A stretch of 47,405 nucleotides of DNA from Candidatus Ancaeobacter aquaticus. Its GTDB lineage: Bacteria > Auribacterota > Ancaeobacteria > Ancaeobacterales > Ancaeobacteraceae. The stretch covers positions 1 to 47,405 of the forward strand of contig JAVCCP010000041.1 of assembly GCA_030765405.1 (NCBI GenBank). Reading direction: 5' to 3'. Shown here piece after piece: positions 20,495-31,758 of this stretch (positions are counted from its first letter, which is position 1; the number at the start of each line of letters is the position of its first letter). Under the pieces are notes generated by a model. The model saw only the letters and a list, made by a program, of their open reading frames with translations. It ran no database searches and was not told the origin of the DNA. The translations under genes were made by a program, and so were the position numbers.

Positions 20495-21556
20495 CTAGAA
20501 GAATCTTTTTATATCGTTAAAGGTAACAAACACCATAAGAGCAATTAATACTGTCAGGCCCACACGCTGAGCAATGTCCATTGCCTTAAAACTTATTGGT
20601 TTACCTTTAACAAGCTCAAACGTGTAAAACATTATGTGTCCACCGTCAAGGACCGGTATAGGAAGCATATTAATAACCGCAAGACTCACGCTTAATACCG
20701 CCATAAAATTAAAGAGATTTAGTATTCCCTTCTTCGCGGTTTCACCAGCTAATTGCGCAATGAATATCGGACCCCCCATACTGCTTGCAGGCAATTGTCG
20801 TGTTGCAATCATCCAGATCCCCTTATAAGTAAGCCCTGTAAGCTGCACGGTATGAGTAACACCGTTTTTTATAGCCCCAAAAAATCCCCGCCGTTCTTTT
20901 ACAACAACCATGGAAGGGGTAATGCCAATAACACCAATATTATGTTCTCTTCCAAAAATATCTTTTATATTTTCTGCACGAGGTATAATCGGTATAACCA
21001 CTTCAGTTTCACGATCATTCACTTTTCTTGTCACAGTAAATGCAAGTTCTTTTCCCGCGTTTGGATAAATTAACTTTACTAACTCATCCCATTTTTTTAC
21101 CGGAGTGCCATTAACCGCAATAATATTGTCATCTTGTAGAAGACCTGCAATTTGAGCGGGGTAATCTTTCTTAACGCTACCAACATTTGATGTTAAAACC
21201 GGCATGCCGACAAAGAATATTCCGGAAAATATAACACATGCAAGAACAACGTTCATAATCGGCCCAGCCGCAACAATTGCTATTCTCGCAAATGGTTTTT
21301 TTGCAAAAAAATCATATGGCTCAGACGTATCTTTTTTACCCGGCTCATCACCTGCCATTTTTACATACCCACCTAATGGTAACGCGCATATTAAATACTC
21401 TGTATGTCCCCGTTTAATACTCACGAGTTTAGGCCCAAACCCTAAAGAAAACTTTTCGACACGCACCCCATTTAGTTTAGCAACAATAAAATGTCCCAGT
21501 TCATGAATAAAGACAATAACACCTAAAACAAATATTAGTGAAATAACGTATACCAT
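20495..21556 (-). CDS. rseP: Site-2 intramembrane metalloprotease RseP
   Basis: HELGH, LPLGGYVKM, PDZ domain, NMLPIPVLDGGH. Confidence 0.96.
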   Translation of the reverse strand: MVYVISLIFVLGVIVFIHELGHFIVAKLNGVRVEKFSLGFGPKLVSIKRGHTEYLICALPLGGYVKMAGDEPGKKDTSEPYDFFAKKPFARIAIVAAGPIMNVVLACVIFSGIFFVGMPVLTSNVGSVKKDYPAQIAGLLQDDNIIAVNGTPVKKWDELVKLIYPNAGKELAFTVTRKVNDRETEVVIPIIPRAENIKDIFGREHNIGVIGITPSMVVVKERRGFFGAIKNGVTHTVQLTGLTYKGIWMIATRQLPASSMGGPIFIAQLAGETAKKGILNLFNFMAVLSVSLAVINMLPIPVLDGGHIMFYTFELVKGKPISFKAMDIAQRVGLTVLIALMVFVTFNDIKRFF

Positions 21557-21608
21557 AACTCTCCTTTAAATATAATCTGCTTTTATAAAAATGGGTACAG
21601 CCCCCTTT

Positions 21609-22811
21609 TTAAAACTGTTTTTCGTTTTGAATCTGTAGTCTCTGGTCTGTGGTCTTGCTCATTTCTTTATTTTCTATATACGCATGAGCTTGTTTTCGCG
21701 CCCATGCATCAACTTCTAACACAACATCAACCGAGGTACAAGGAATAACTTCGTGAGCGTTCATCACTCCCTCAACGATATAAGGTATATCCATAAAACC
21801 GATTTGCCCATCAATAAATTTACTTACAGCTACTTCATTTGCCGCATTAAATACCGCGGGTAATGTCCCCCCTCCGCGAGCTGCCTTATAGGCAAGTTTT
21901 AAACCCGGAAATCTTTCGGTATCAGGCTCGTCAAATGACAATGTTTTTAACTGCGTAAAATCAAGGTACTGGGCAATATTATTTTCTCTACCCGGATAAG
22001 TCAGTGCATATTGTATAGGTATTTTCATATCCGGCACACTGAGCTGGGCAAGAACAGACCCATCAATATATTCTACCATCGAGTGGATAATGCTCTCTTT
22101 ATGTATAACTACTTCTATTTTATCAATATCAATACCAAAAAGCCATAGTGCTTCAATAACCTCAAGCCCTTTGTTTATCAGGCCCGCCGAATCGATAGTG
22201 ACCTTTTTTCCCATTGCCCATTTCGGATGATCAAGCACTTCATCAAGTGTTACCGTTTGCAATTTTTCTCGTGACGTATGCAGGAAAGGCCCCCCTGAAG
22301 CGGTAATAATAATCCGCCTTATCGTGTTTGGATCAACACCATCAAGACATTGAAATATTGCGCTGTGTTCACTATCAACAGGCAGTATTCGTGCCCCGGA
22401 CAATTTGGCAGCATTCATGACAAGCTCACCCGCTATGACAAGCACTTCTTTGTTTGCAAGTGCAATATCAATACCTTGCTCGACTGCTTTCAGTGTCGGC
22501 ACGAGTCCGGCACTACCAACGACAGCTGAAACGACCATGGTATTATTTTTGTGTGCGGCAACTTCACAAAGGCCTTTAAGTCCGCTTACCACATGTACAT
22601 TTCCCGCAACCTTCTCTTTGAGAAGTTCTGCAGAAGACTCGTCCCACACAGCAACGATTTCAGGAGAAAACTCATCTATTTGGCGTGCCAATTCATCTAC
22701 TGCACTTTTTGCGGCAAGACCCACAACCTTAAAACCAGGAGTTTTGCGAATAACCTCAAGGGTACTTTGACCTATTGAGCCAGTTGATCCGAGTATTGAT
22801 ATGTATTTCAT
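21609..22811 (-). CDS. dxr: 1-deoxy-D-xylulose-5-phosphate reductoisomerase
   Basis: LGSTGSIG, LANKE, PVDSEH, LTASGGPF-like, MGKKVTIDSA, NAANEVAV. Confidence 0.98.
   Translation of the reverse strand: MKYISILGSTGSIGQSTLEVIRKTPGFKVVGLAAKSAVDELARQIDEFSPEIVAVWDESSAELLKEKVAGNVHVVSGLKGLCEVAAHKNNTMVVSAVVGSAGLVPTLKAVEQGIDIALANKEVLVIAGELVMNAAKLSGARILPVDSEHSAIFQCLDGVDPNTIRRIIITASGGPFLHTSREKLQTVTLDEVLDHPKWAMGKKVTIDSAGLINKGLEVIEALWLFGIDIDKIEVVIHKESIIHSMVEYIDGSVLAQLSVPDMKIPIQYALTYPGRENNIAQYLDFTQLKTLSFDEPDTERFPGLKLAYKAARGGGTLPAVFNAANEVAVSKFIDGQIGFMDIPYIVEGVMNAHEVIPCTSVDVVLEVDAWARKQAHAYIENKEMSKTTDQRLQIQNEKQF
21632..21655. repeat. Degenerate 7-nt tandem repeat in the dxr 3' tail
   Basis: TCTGTAG TCTCTGG TCTGTGG TCT; encodes part of the non-homologous tail KTTDQRLQ. 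Confidence 0.6.
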
Positions 22812-22828
22812 AATTCACCATAAAGGTG

Positions 22829-23653
22829 TCAATTAACAAATATTTTTAAGTACAGATATATCACAGGCGCGCAAAAAAGAAGACCATCAATAAGATCCAT
22901 CACCCCGCCCATACCGGGGATAAAATGACCCGAATCTTTCACTCCGGCATCTCTTTTTAAAATTGATTCAAAGAGATCACCAATTTGTGAAACAAAACCA
23001 ATAATGAGTCCAAGATATAACACATGATGCCAGGCAAGGCCCTGAACAAAAAATAATTTTCCTAAAACAGCACCACATACCGCACCAACTATTCCGCCAA
23101 TGGCACCTTCAACAGTTTTCTTAGGACTGATAACGGGTGCAAGTTTATGCCTGCCAAAAAGATTGCCGAAACCATAGGCAAAAATGTCAGAGAGATACAC
23201 CATAACAAATATATAAAATATCAACCAGCCGCCACCATTAGGCTGCATATAATTTATTCGCATTAAAAAAGAGAAAAACCAGCTCACATAAAATACGGTA
23301 CCAATTGATGCAAAAATCCCAAACATCGATCCCTCTATACCGTTTTTTATCCCGTATAATATTAGTAGCCCTACAAAAAACGCTAATATTACTAATGCAG
23401 AATAGTCATTAGGGATAAGGTTATGTATAGAAAAGAAAATAGACGATGAAAATACAATACCGGATGAGACAACATACAACTTAAATACAAAAACACCTTT
23501 CTTTTCAACCATGCTCAACACTTCATACATTCCAAAACCAACGAAAAGATTAGCCACAGTGAGAAGCAACCACGGCTGTGTATTGCTTGTCAGCAAGGTT
23601 ACGGCAAAAAGAACCCCTAAAAACGCTGAACTTATCAATCTTTTTGCTAACAT
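22829..23653 (-). CDS. cdsA: Phosphatidate cytidylyltransferase
   Basis: Hydrophobic protein with SDIFAY, ISPKKTVEG, GDLFES..KR..GVKDSG..PGMGGVMD. Confidence 0.95.
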   Translation of the reverse strand: MLAKRLISSAFLGVLFAVTLLTSNTQPWLLLTVANLFVGFGMYEVLSMVEKKGVFVFKLYVVSSGIVFSSSIFFSIHNLIPNDYSALVILAFFVGLLILYGIKNGIEGSMFGIFASIGTVFYVSWFFSFLMRINYMQPNGGGWLIFYIFVMVYLSDIFAYGFGNLFGRHKLAPVISPKKTVEGAIGGIVGAVCGAVLGKLFFVQGLAWHHVLYLGLIIGFVSQIGDLFESILKRDAGVKDSGHFIPGMGGVMDLIDGLLFCAPVIYLYLKIFVN

Positions 23654-23737
23654 AAAAAACCTACATAAGTTAAAAGTTAAAAATATTGAAAATTATAATT
23701 TAAAAACAAAATAAATACTAATACTTAAACTGTACTT

Positions 23738-24502
23738 TTATTTCTTATCTTTATTAAGCCCGCCAAATCTTCGATCTCGCTGTTGATAGACATGTATCGC
23801 TTCAAGAAAATCATTTTCACGAAAATCAGGCCATAATGTTTTCGTAACATATAATTCAGTATACGATATTTGCCACAATAAAAAGTTACTCACCCTCATT
23901 TCACCGCTTGTACGAATAAGCAGTTCCGGATCAGGAATATTTTGTTTTCCTGTATATAAGCTCTGTGAAATCATCGCTTCATCTATATCTGTGGTCTTTA
24001 TCTTTTTTTGCACGCATTGATCGGCAATGTCTTTTACCGCATCAACGATTTCCGGCCGCCCCCCATAGTTTAAGCACAACACCACCGTTAACTTATCATT
24101 GTCCTTTGTTGCTTGTTCTACATAATGTAGTTCACGCTGCACATCTTCTGGAAATTGTTCCGTCCTACCGATTGTTACAAGCCGCACATTATTATCAAGC
24201 ATTTCCTTTAATTCCTGTTTTAAAAACTGTTTCAAAAGCTGCATGAGCGCTGCGATCTCCCTCTTTGGGCGCTTCCAATTATCAACAGAAAATGCATAAA
24301 GAGATAGGTATTTGACACCAATCTCACGACATGTTCGCACAACGGATCTAATCGAATCTGATCCTTCACGATGCCCTCTAACCCTCAAAAAACCCTTCGA
24401 TGCGGCCCAGCGACCATTACCGTCCATAATAATAGCAATATGTTGGGGAGGGTTCTTAATGTCAATTTTTTCGAGCAGGCCAAGGGGCGTATTCTTTTTC
24501 AT
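23738..24502 (-). CDS. uppS: Undecaprenyl diphosphate synthase
   Basis: HIAIIMDGNGRWA, YAFSVDNWKRP, LNYGGR, IRTSGEMRVSNFLLWQ. Confidence 0.97.
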   Translation of the reverse strand: MKKNTPLGLLEKIDIKNPPQHIAIIMDGNGRWAASKGFLRVRGHREGSDSIRSVVRTCREIGVKYLSLYAFSVDNWKRPKREIAALMQLLKQFLKQELKEMLDNNVRLVTIGRTEQFPEDVQRELHYVEQATKDNDKLTVVLCLNYGGRPEIVDAVKDIADQCVQKKIKTTDIDEAMISQSLYTGKQNIPDPELLIRTSGEMRVSNFLLWQISYTELYVTKTLWPDFRENDFLEAIHVYQQRDRRFGGLNKDKK

Positions 24503-24526
24503 TATATTCTACCTATACAAAACGCA

Positions 24527-24547
24527 AGGCGATTCAATGAATCGCCT
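24527..24547. repeat. REP-like palindrome
   Basis: AGGCGATTCA-a-TGAATCGCCT, a perfect 10-bp inverted repeat between purA and uppS. Confidence 0.8.
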
Positions 24548-24582
24548 CACAACTCTCTTTACTTTATGTCCTCAATTATTCA

Positions 24583-25881
24583 TCAAAAGACTGAATCGAG
24601 CAGCAGCGTTTCTCCACGTTCAGCACCAACCGATATTATCTTAATTTTAACACCGGCCAATTTCTCTATTCGAGCCAAATATTTTTGTGCATTAACAGGT
24701 AAATCTTCGTACCGTTTAACTTCGTTTGTGGATGTTTGCCATCCTTCGCACTCTTCATACACTGGCTCTGACTCATGTAACACATCTATATTAAGGGGGA
24801 AATCATAAATCATCTCACCCTTATATTTATATCCGGTACATATTTTTATTACCGGCAACTTGTCCAAAACATCCATCTTTGTTACCGCAAGGCTATCACA
24901 ACCGTTGACACTAACCGCATGGCGAACAATAACAGCGTCAAACCATCCGCACCGTCGCGGCCGTTGTGTTGTTGCACCATATTCCAGACCTTCTTTTCTG
25001 ATTTTTGCTGCTAAATCTTCAGGAAACTCAGTCGGAAACGGTCCTTCACCAACACGTGTTGTATACGCTTTTGCTATACCAATAACATTATCAATGCTTG
25101 TTGGCCCGACACCGGTACCGGTACAAGCACCGCCGGCAGTAGGATTCGATGAGGTTACAAAAGGATACGTACCAAAATCAACATCTAAGAGTGTTCCCTG
25201 AGCGCCTTCAAACAGGATATTTTTACCTTCTTTAATTGCACGATTAAGTAAAAGAGAAGTATTTGCGCTATACTTTCTTAATTTCTGGGCATAATCTGTA
25301 TATGTCTCAAATATCTCATCAAAGGAGATTGGCTCCTCACCATATACTTTTTGAAGAACCAGATTTTTTTCCTCAAGATTAGCTTCAAGCTTTCTTTTAA
25401 ATACGTCTTTATTGAGTAGATCACATAGCCTGATCCCTACACGAGAGAATTTATCCATATAGGCAGGTCCGATCCCCCGTCCAGTTGTGCCAATACGCAG
25501 AGAGCCCATTTTCTCTTCTTTAACAAGATCAAGCTTTCTATGATACGGAAAAATAATATGGCATGTTTCACTCACAAAAAGATTATTATCGATCGAGATG
25601 CCCTTTGTTGCCAATTCTTCAATTTCCTGTAAAAGCGCAAGCGGATCAACCACTACGCCATTACCGATCATGCATATTTTTCCTTTATGGAGTATTCCTG
25701 AAGGAATAAGATGGAGGATAAATTCTTCCGTACCGATCTTAACAGTATGCCCGGCATTATTACCGCCTTGAAAACGTATGACAACATCGGCTTTCTCAGT
25801 TAAAACATCTATGATCTTACCCTTACCTTCATCACCCCACTGCGCACCCACTAACACTAAATTTGGCATATTCTTCCTCAC
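24583..25881 (-). CDS. purA: Adenylosuccinate synthetase
   Basis: QWGDEGKGK, QGGNNAGHT, IGTTGRGIGPAY, FEGAQG, GATTQRPRRCGW. Confidence 0.98.
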   Translation of the reverse strand: MRKNMPNLVLVGAQWGDEGKGKIIDVLTEKADVVIRFQGGNNAGHTVKIGTEEFILHLIPSGILHKGKICMIGNGVVVDPLALLQEIEELATKGISIDNNLFVSETCHIIFPYHRKLDLVKEEKMGSLRIGTTGRGIGPAYMDKFSRVGIRLCDLLNKDVFKRKLEANLEEKNLVLQKVYGEEPISFDEIFETYTDYAQKLRKYSANTSLLLNRAIKEGKNILFEGAQGTLLDVDFGTYPFVTSSNPTAGGACTGTGVGPTSIDNVIGIAKAYTTRVGEGPFPTEFPEDLAAKIRKEGLEYGATTQRPRRCGWFDAVIVRHAVSVNGCDSLAVTKMDVLDKLPVIKICTGYKYKGEMIYDFPLNIDVLHESEPVYEECEGWQTSTNEVKRYEDLPVNAQKYLARIEKLAGVKIKIISVGAERGETLLLDSVF

Positions 25882-25991
25882 TCACGTTCAGCTAATTAAT
25901 ATCTTTAATCTCTATTATACGATAATTACATTTTCGTGCTATTCCAACAAAACAACTGTTGAGATTACTGTTTTTTGCCTACAAAAACAAT

Positions 25992-28340
25992 CTATTTTTT
26001 ATCAAATACTTCTTTTAACACTTCGTCTACACTCTTCACAAAAACATACTCAATATCATTTTTTACCTGCTTCGGCACAATATCAAGATCATTTTTGTTT
26101 GCCAGAGGCATGACTACTTTTTTAATATGTACCCTATGTGCCGCTATGGTCTTTTCCTTTACTCCTCCGATACGCAATATTTTTCCCATAAGAGTAAGCT
26201 CTCCGGTCATCGCGACATTCTTTTTCATGGGTTTTTTCAACAATGCTGACACAATAGAAACAGCAATAGCAGCACCTGCTGAAGGACCGTCTTTTGAAAT
26301 AGCACCTTCCGGGATATGTATGTGCACATCAACTTTACGGTAAAAATCCTTTTCGACACCTAACTTTTTGGCAATAGACCGTATATAGGTCATCGCTGCC
26401 TGTGCGCTCTCTTTCATGACATCACCTAATTTACCGGTAAGAATCAATTTACCGCGCCCATCAACGATCGTTGACTCTACATATATAATATCACCACCGG
26501 TTGGTGTCCACGCTAAGCCTACGGCAACACCACAAGGCAGATTTTCGTCTACTTTGTTTTGCTGATATTTCGGGTTCCCCAAATATTTTTTCAGTGTCAC
26601 ACCTGATAGTGCTACTGATTTTTTGCTCTTTGACTCAACGATTTCTTTCGCTACTTTACGGGCAACTTTTGCAATCTGACGTTCAAGCCCGCGCACACCA
26701 GCTTCGGAAGTGTAATCACGAATAATATTCATGATCGCCTGATCATTAAACCGGAGACGTGTTTTACTCAAGCCGTTTTCCGTTATCTGTTTAGGGGCAA
26801 GATACTGTTTAGCGATATTCAGCTTATCGAACTCGGTATAGCTTGATATATCGATTATTTCCATACGATCACATAATGTTGGATGTATATTATCTATCAC
26901 GTTCGCAGTCGTTATAAACATCACCTCAGATAAATCAAAATCGACTTCAAGAAAATGATCATTGAACATATTATTTTGTTCAGGATCAAGCACCTCTAGA
27001 AGCGCACTTGAAGGATCACCATGAAAATCTCTCGATAGCTTATCAATTTCATCAAGCAAAAAAACAGGATTTTTGTATTTTACTTTTCTTAAAGACTGAA
27101 TAATCCTTCCGGGCAAAGCACCGACATAGGTTCTTCTATGTCCTCTGATCTCAGCTTCATCACGCACACCCCCTAATGATACTTTTACAAACTTACGCCC
27201 CAATGTGCGGGCAACTGATCGTGCAAGCGATGTTTTTCCTACTCCCGGGGGCCCAACAAAACAGATAATACTTCCCTTTGCATTGTTAGTCAGTTTTTTC
27301 ACCGCTAGAAATTCAAGTATACGTTCCTTTGGATCTTCCAACCCATAATGATCTTCATTTAAAATCTTCTTTGCATGCCGCAGATCAAGATTATCTTTTG
27401 TTCGTTTATCCCAGGGAAGATCAAGTAATACATCAATATAGTTGCGCACAACCGTAAACTCCGGCGTAAACATATTCATACGAGACAAACGGTTGAGTTC
27501 TTTTAACGCTTTTTCTTCAACTTCTTTCGGCATACCGGCTTCAGCAATTCGGTTCTTTACCTCAGCGCCATCGCTCCCAAAACCAGGTTCTCTTCCAAGT
27601 TCTCGTTCAATCGCTTTTAACTGTTCATTGAGATAAAAATTCTTCTGGCTGTCTTCAATCTGTTTTTTAACTGAATCACTTAGTTTTTTTTCTATTCCTA
27701 ATATTTCAAGTTCCAGCGTTAACAGTTCCATTAATTTTCTTAATCGTCCGGAAGATGACAGTAGTGAAAGAAGGTCCTGCTTATCCTGTATCTTAAATAT
27801 CGCGTGCGCAGCAACAAAATCACTCAGTTTATCAGGGGTATCAGTTTCCTGGATAACACCGAGGATATCTTGAGGGATTTTTTGATTAAGCGTTACATAC
27901 TGTTCAAAGAGATTCTTGACCGACCGGACAAGCGCCTCATTTTCTGTAGTCTTCTTTTCAGTTACGACAACATCTGATGTTCTAACCGAGAAATATTCTC
28001 TTAGATTGTGGTATTTCCGTATCCTTACGCGCCGCAGTCCTTCAGTCAAAAGCTTAATTGACCCATCAGGCAGTCTCATCGTCTGCAGTATGCGTGACAG
28101 GGTCCCAATCTCGTATATATCTTTCGGGGTAGGATCTTCTTGGTTAAACACTTTTTGTGTAGCAAATATAATAAGCTTGTTATCAAGCATTGCCTCTTCA
28201 ACTGCTTTCACTGACCGTAATCTTCCGACAAGAACAGGGATAACGGTATTGGGGAAAACAACGATATCCTTAAGCGGTACAAGAGGAATGATTGCTTCTT
28301 TTACTTCTTTAACATCAGTATTATTTATATGTATACTCAT
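25992..28340 (-). CDS. lon: Lon protease
   Basis: LON N-domain, GPPGVGKTS, DEIDK, KDGPSAG (catalytic Ser) and GGVKEK (Lys). Confidence 0.98.
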   Translation of the reverse strand: MSIHINNTDVKEVKEAIIPLVPLKDIVVFPNTVIPVLVGRLRSVKAVEEAMLDNKLIIFATQKVFNQEDPTPKDIYEIGTLSRILQTMRLPDGSIKLLTEGLRRVRIRKYHNLREYFSVRTSDVVVTEKKTTENEALVRSVKNLFEQYVTLNQKIPQDILGVIQETDTPDKLSDFVAAHAIFKIQDKQDLLSLLSSSGRLRKLMELLTLELEILGIEKKLSDSVKKQIEDSQKNFYLNEQLKAIERELGREPGFGSDGAEVKNRIAEAGMPKEVEEKALKELNRLSRMNMFTPEFTVVRNYIDVLLDLPWDKRTKDNLDLRHAKKILNEDHYGLEDPKERILEFLAVKKLTNNAKGSIICFVGPPGVGKTSLARSVARTLGRKFVKVSLGGVRDEAEIRGHRRTYVGALPGRIIQSLRKVKYKNPVFLLDEIDKLSRDFHGDPSSALLEVLDPEQNNMFNDHFLEVDFDLSEVMFITTANVIDNIHPTLCDRMEIIDISSYTEFDKLNIAKQYLAPKQITENGLSKTRLRFNDQAIMNIIRDYTSEAGVRGLERQIAKVARKVAKEIVESKSKKSVALSGVTLKKYLGNPKYQQNKVDENLPCGVAVGLAWTPTGGDIIYVESTIVDGRGKLILTGKLGDVMKESAQAAMTYIRSIAKKLGVEKDFYRKVDVHIHIPEGAISKDGPSAGAAIAVSIVSALLKKPMKKNVAMTGELTLMGKILRIGGVKEKTIAAHRVHIKKVVMPLANKNDLDIVPKQVKNDIEYVFVKSVDEVLKEVFDKK

Positions 28341-28356
28341 TACTACGTTAAACCAA

Positions 28357-29613
28357 TCACGCTGAGCGTTTTTTCTTTGATTCGACCATAAGGGGCGGTA
28401 TTTTTCCTTCTACCGCTTCTTTTGTGATAACACATTTTTGCACATCTTTACGCGAAGGAACATCATACATAATATGCAGCATCATATCTTCCATTATCGA
28501 ACGAAGCGCACGTGCACCCATACCTTTTGTAATCGCCTTTTCTACCAGTGCAGTCAATGCATCATCGGTAAACTCAAGGCCAACACCTTCTATTTCAAAT
28601 AATTTTTTATATTGCTTAATTAAGGCATTTTTCGGTTGTGTGAGAATATGTATTAAATCCTCTTTAGTCAGTTCACCCAATGTAGCAACCACCGGGAATC
28701 GTCCAATAAACTCAGGTATTAATCCGAACTTTAAGAGATCTTCAGGTTCAACCATCTCGAGTACTTCGCCCACATTCTTTTTATCAATGCGGGTAAGATC
28801 AGTACCAAAACCCATTACTCTTTTACCTAAACGTCGCTTAATAATCTGAGGCAACTCGTTAAACGCACCACCACAGATAAAGAGAATGTGTGAGGTATCC
28901 ACCTGTATAAATTCCTGATGAGGATGTTTCCTGCCACCTTTTGGCGGAACATTAGCAACTGTCCCCTCAACAAGCTTCAAAAGCGCTTGCTGCACTCCCT
29001 CACCCGACACGTCTCTGGTTATAGAAACATTATCAGTTGTTTTTGCTATCTTATCAATCTCATCTATATAGACAATACCGAGTTCAGCTTTTTTAGGATC
29101 ATAATTAGCACTCTGCAAAAGTTTTAACACAACATTCTCAACATCTTCACCGACATAGCCTGCTTCAGTCAACGTTGTCGCATCAGCTATCGCAAACGGC
29201 ACCTCAAGATACCTTGCCAGTGTCCGGGCAAGCAGTGTTTTCCCGGTTCCCGTTGGACCGACAAGAAGAATATTGCTTTTTTCTATTTCAACATCGCTTG
29301 TATCAACCGTACTATTAATACGTTTATAGTGGTTATGCACTGCAACCGCAAGACGCTTTTTTGCATGTTCCTGGCCGATAACATATTCATCAAGGAATTC
29401 TTTAACATTAACAGGTTTAGGAACAACAAACTCTTTACGGGGAGCCTCCGGCTCAACTACTTTCACCTTTTCTTTATCAAGGACATCTTTACACAAATGC
29501 ACACAATCATTGCATATATAGACACCCGGTCCGGATATCAATTTATTGACTTCTTTTTGACCTTTACCGCAAAATGAACAGCGTGCAGAGTTTTTGTCAT
29601 TAAATTTTGCCAT
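28357..29613 (-). CDS. clpX: ATP-dependent Clp protease ATP-binding subunit ClpX
   Basis: CSFCGK zinc finger, [31 protein letters not shown] loop. Confidence 0.98.
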   Translation of the reverse strand: MAKFNDKNSARCSFCGKGQKEVNKLISGPGVYICNDCVHLCKDVLDKEKVKVVEPEAPRKEFVVPKPVNVKEFLDEYVIGQEHAKKRLAVAVHNHYKRINSTVDTSDVEIEKSNILLVGPTGTGKTLLARTLARYLEVPFAIADATTLTEAGYVGEDVENVVLKLLQSANYDPKKAELGIVYIDEIDKIAKTTDNVSITRDVSGEGVQQALLKLVEGTVANVPPKGGRKHPHQEFIQVDTSHILFICGGAFNELPQIIKRRLGKRVMGFGTDLTRIDKKNVGEVLEMVEPEDLLKFGLIPEFIGRFPVVATLGELTKEDLIHILTQPKNALIKQYKKLFEIEGVGLEFTDDALTALVEKAITKGMGARALRSIMEDMMLHIMYDVPSRKDVQKCVITKEAVEGKIPPLMVESKKKRSA

Positions 29614-29653
29614 TTTTGATCCTTACACTCTTACATAATACATATTTAAACTA

Positions 29654-30238
29654 TTACTTTTTCACCGTTTCAACAACAGCATCGACCAACCCATAGTCTT
29701 TAGCTTCTTGTGCGGACATGAAGAAATCACGATCAGTATCTCTGGTGATCGCCTCTATATCCTGACCGGTGTCACTTGCCAAAAGCTTATTGAGATCTTC
29801 TTTTAAACGGTTAATTTCTCTTGCCTGAATGGTAATGTCCGCGGCAGAACCCTGCGCACCACCCCATGGCTGGTGTATCATAATACGCGCATGAGGAAGC
29901 GCATAACGCTTACCTTTTGTGCCGGCAGAGAGCAGTACTGCACCCATGCTTGCCGCCTGCCCCACACAGTATGTGGTCACCGGACATTTTAAAAAATGCA
30001 TTGTATCGTATATTGCCAACCCTGCTGTGACAGATCCGCCAGGAGAATTAATGTAAACATTAATATCTTTATCCGGGTCTTCCATCTGTAAAAAAAGCAT
30101 TTGAGCAACAACAAGGTTTGCAACCATGTCATCGATCGCGGTACCAAGGAATATGATCCTATCTTTCAATAATCGTGAATAGATATCATACGCACGTTCA
30201 CTTCTACCGGTTGTTTCAATAACCATTGGTACGAGCAT
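29654..30238 (-). CDS. clpP: Clp protease proteolytic subunit
   Basis: [32 protein letters not shown]. Confidence 0.98.
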   Translation of the reverse strand: MLVPMVIETTGRSERAYDIYSRLLKDRIIFLGTAIDDMVANLVVAQMLFLQMEDPDKDINVYINSPGGSVTAGLAIYDTMHFLKCPVTTYCVGQAASMGAVLLSAGTKGKRYALPHARIMIHQPWGGAQGSAADITIQAREINRLKEDLNKLLASDTGQDIEAITRDTDRDFFMSAQEAKDYGLVDAVVETVKK

Positions 30239-30261
30239 AATGCCTCCTCTTAACGTTATAA

Positions 30262-31539
30262 TTATTTTTCTTTTACTTGTGCTTGTTCCCCAACGAAACG
30301 AATAACTTTATCTTCTCTAATCTTGTCTTTAAGGGTTTCAATTTTCCCATCTGAAACAAAATGTTTTTTTGCATCCATGTAGTTTTTACCCATACGTGCA
30401 GCAATTTCTTTTATTCGCTCATCAACATCCTGATCTGTTACACTGATATTTTCTGTTTCAGCCAAAACTTCAAGAACAAAGTAGAGTTTTACCTGACTTT
30501 CCGCTTTTTCTTTGAGCGATTCACGGAGCTTAGCTTCATCAGTCACTTCTGCTGCCTGATGCTGCTGATGCCGTTGCTTTTCGTCTTGAACAAGAAAATC
30601 AACTTGTTTTTCAACGAGTTCCGGCGGCACTTCGATCGACGTTTTCTTAACAAGGAATTCGCATATTTTGTTTTCCTTATCCATCCGCTTGATATCATCA
30701 TTATAGCGGGACATCTCTTCACGTATCTTTGTCTTTAAATCATCTACTGAATTGATATCCATGCCAAGCTCTTTAACAAATTCATCGTTCAGTTCAGCAA
30801 TCTTTTTAACTTTAATTTCTTTTACCGTCGTTTTAATAACCGCTTTTTTATTGCGATACTCTTCCTTCATATACTCTTTAGGTAAAGTAGTATCTATGTC
30901 TCTTGCCTCACCGATTTTAGCCCCAACAAGACCTTGAGCGAAGTTTGGATAAAAACCCTTCTCTTCAATAGGCCACAACAGATCTTTTGCGGAATCAATC
31001 GACGCACCATCAACAAATATTTCATAGTCAAGCTGTGCAAAATCCCCCATCTCGACACCACGATCACTGATCGGCTCAAAAGTTGCGTTACGTTCAAGCA
31101 GATTATTTACGGCACTATCAACATCTTTATCCTGCACATCCATTTTCTTAAGTTCAATATCAATACCCTTATATTTCGGCAGCTTAATCTCCGGACGTAC
31201 CGTTACTTCCGCTTCAAAGGTAAGGGGGCTATCAGGCTTAAAATCTACTTTATTAATAGTAGGCTGTAATACAGGACGTAAATTATTTTCCTCAACAGCT
31301 TGAGAATAAGCAGATGGCAACAAACGTTTTAACACTTCTTGCTCAGCATCAGCCTTATAATGTTTTTTTACAACATCCATAGGAATCTTCCCTTTACGAA
31401 AACCGGGCATATTCGCTGAATTGCTTATTTCGCGATACACATCATTAAATACTTTCTGAACATCTTCCAGAGGAACTTCAACGCTCAGTATCTTTTTGTA
31501 TTTTTTTACTTCTTTTATCTTCACATTCACAAAAATCAC
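30262..31539 (-). CDS. tig: Trigger factor
   Basis: PGFRKGKIP ribosome-binding motif, FKBP-like middle domain, tig-clpP-clpX-lon synteny. Confidence 0.96.
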   Translation of the reverse strand: MIFVNVKIKEVKKYKKILSVEVPLEDVQKVFNDVYREISNSANMPGFRKGKIPMDVVKKHYKADAEQEVLKRLLPSAYSQAVEENNLRPVLQPTINKVDFKPDSPLTFEAEVTVRPEIKLPKYKGIDIELKKMDVQDKDVDSAVNNLLERNATFEPISDRGVEMGDFAQLDYEIFVDGASIDSAKDLLWPIEEKGFYPNFAQGLVGAKIGEARDIDTTLPKEYMKEEYRNKKAVIKTTVKEIKVKKIAELNDEFVKELGMDINSVDDLKTKIREEMSRYNDDIKRMDKENKICEFLVKKTSIEVPPELVEKQVDFLVQDEKQRHQQHQAAEVTDEAKLRESLKEKAESQVKLYFVLEVLAETENISVTDQDVDERIKEIAARMGKNYMDAKKHFVSDGKIETLKDKIREDKVIRFVGEQAQVKEK

Positions 31540-31607
31540 TCCTTTTCAATTATATAAGTTCAAATTTCTACATCTATCTATATAAAACCTGCATCAGGCG
31601 GACAGTA

Positions 31608-31636
31608 ATAATATGCAAGAACCGTGTTAAAGTCAA
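31608..31636 (-). promoter_or_regulatory. Sigma-70 promoter for tig operon
   Basis: TTGACT-N17-TATTAT. Confidence 0.6.
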
Positions 31637-31758
31637 TATATTTGGGAATTATTTACCAATACGGGCTTCCGGTCGTCCCAGCACGTACAAAAGGGAGAAA
31701 AAAGAGCTTAAAATACTTTATAAAACACACATGTTGAGCATCTTAGGGCTTTACCCCC

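Noticed and set aside
31662..31686. TCCGGTCGTCCCAGC as a tRNA 3' fragment upstream of tig
   Set aside because: No TTCRA T-loop, no CCA and no cloverleaf; tig is often preceded by a tRNA, but none is supportable here.
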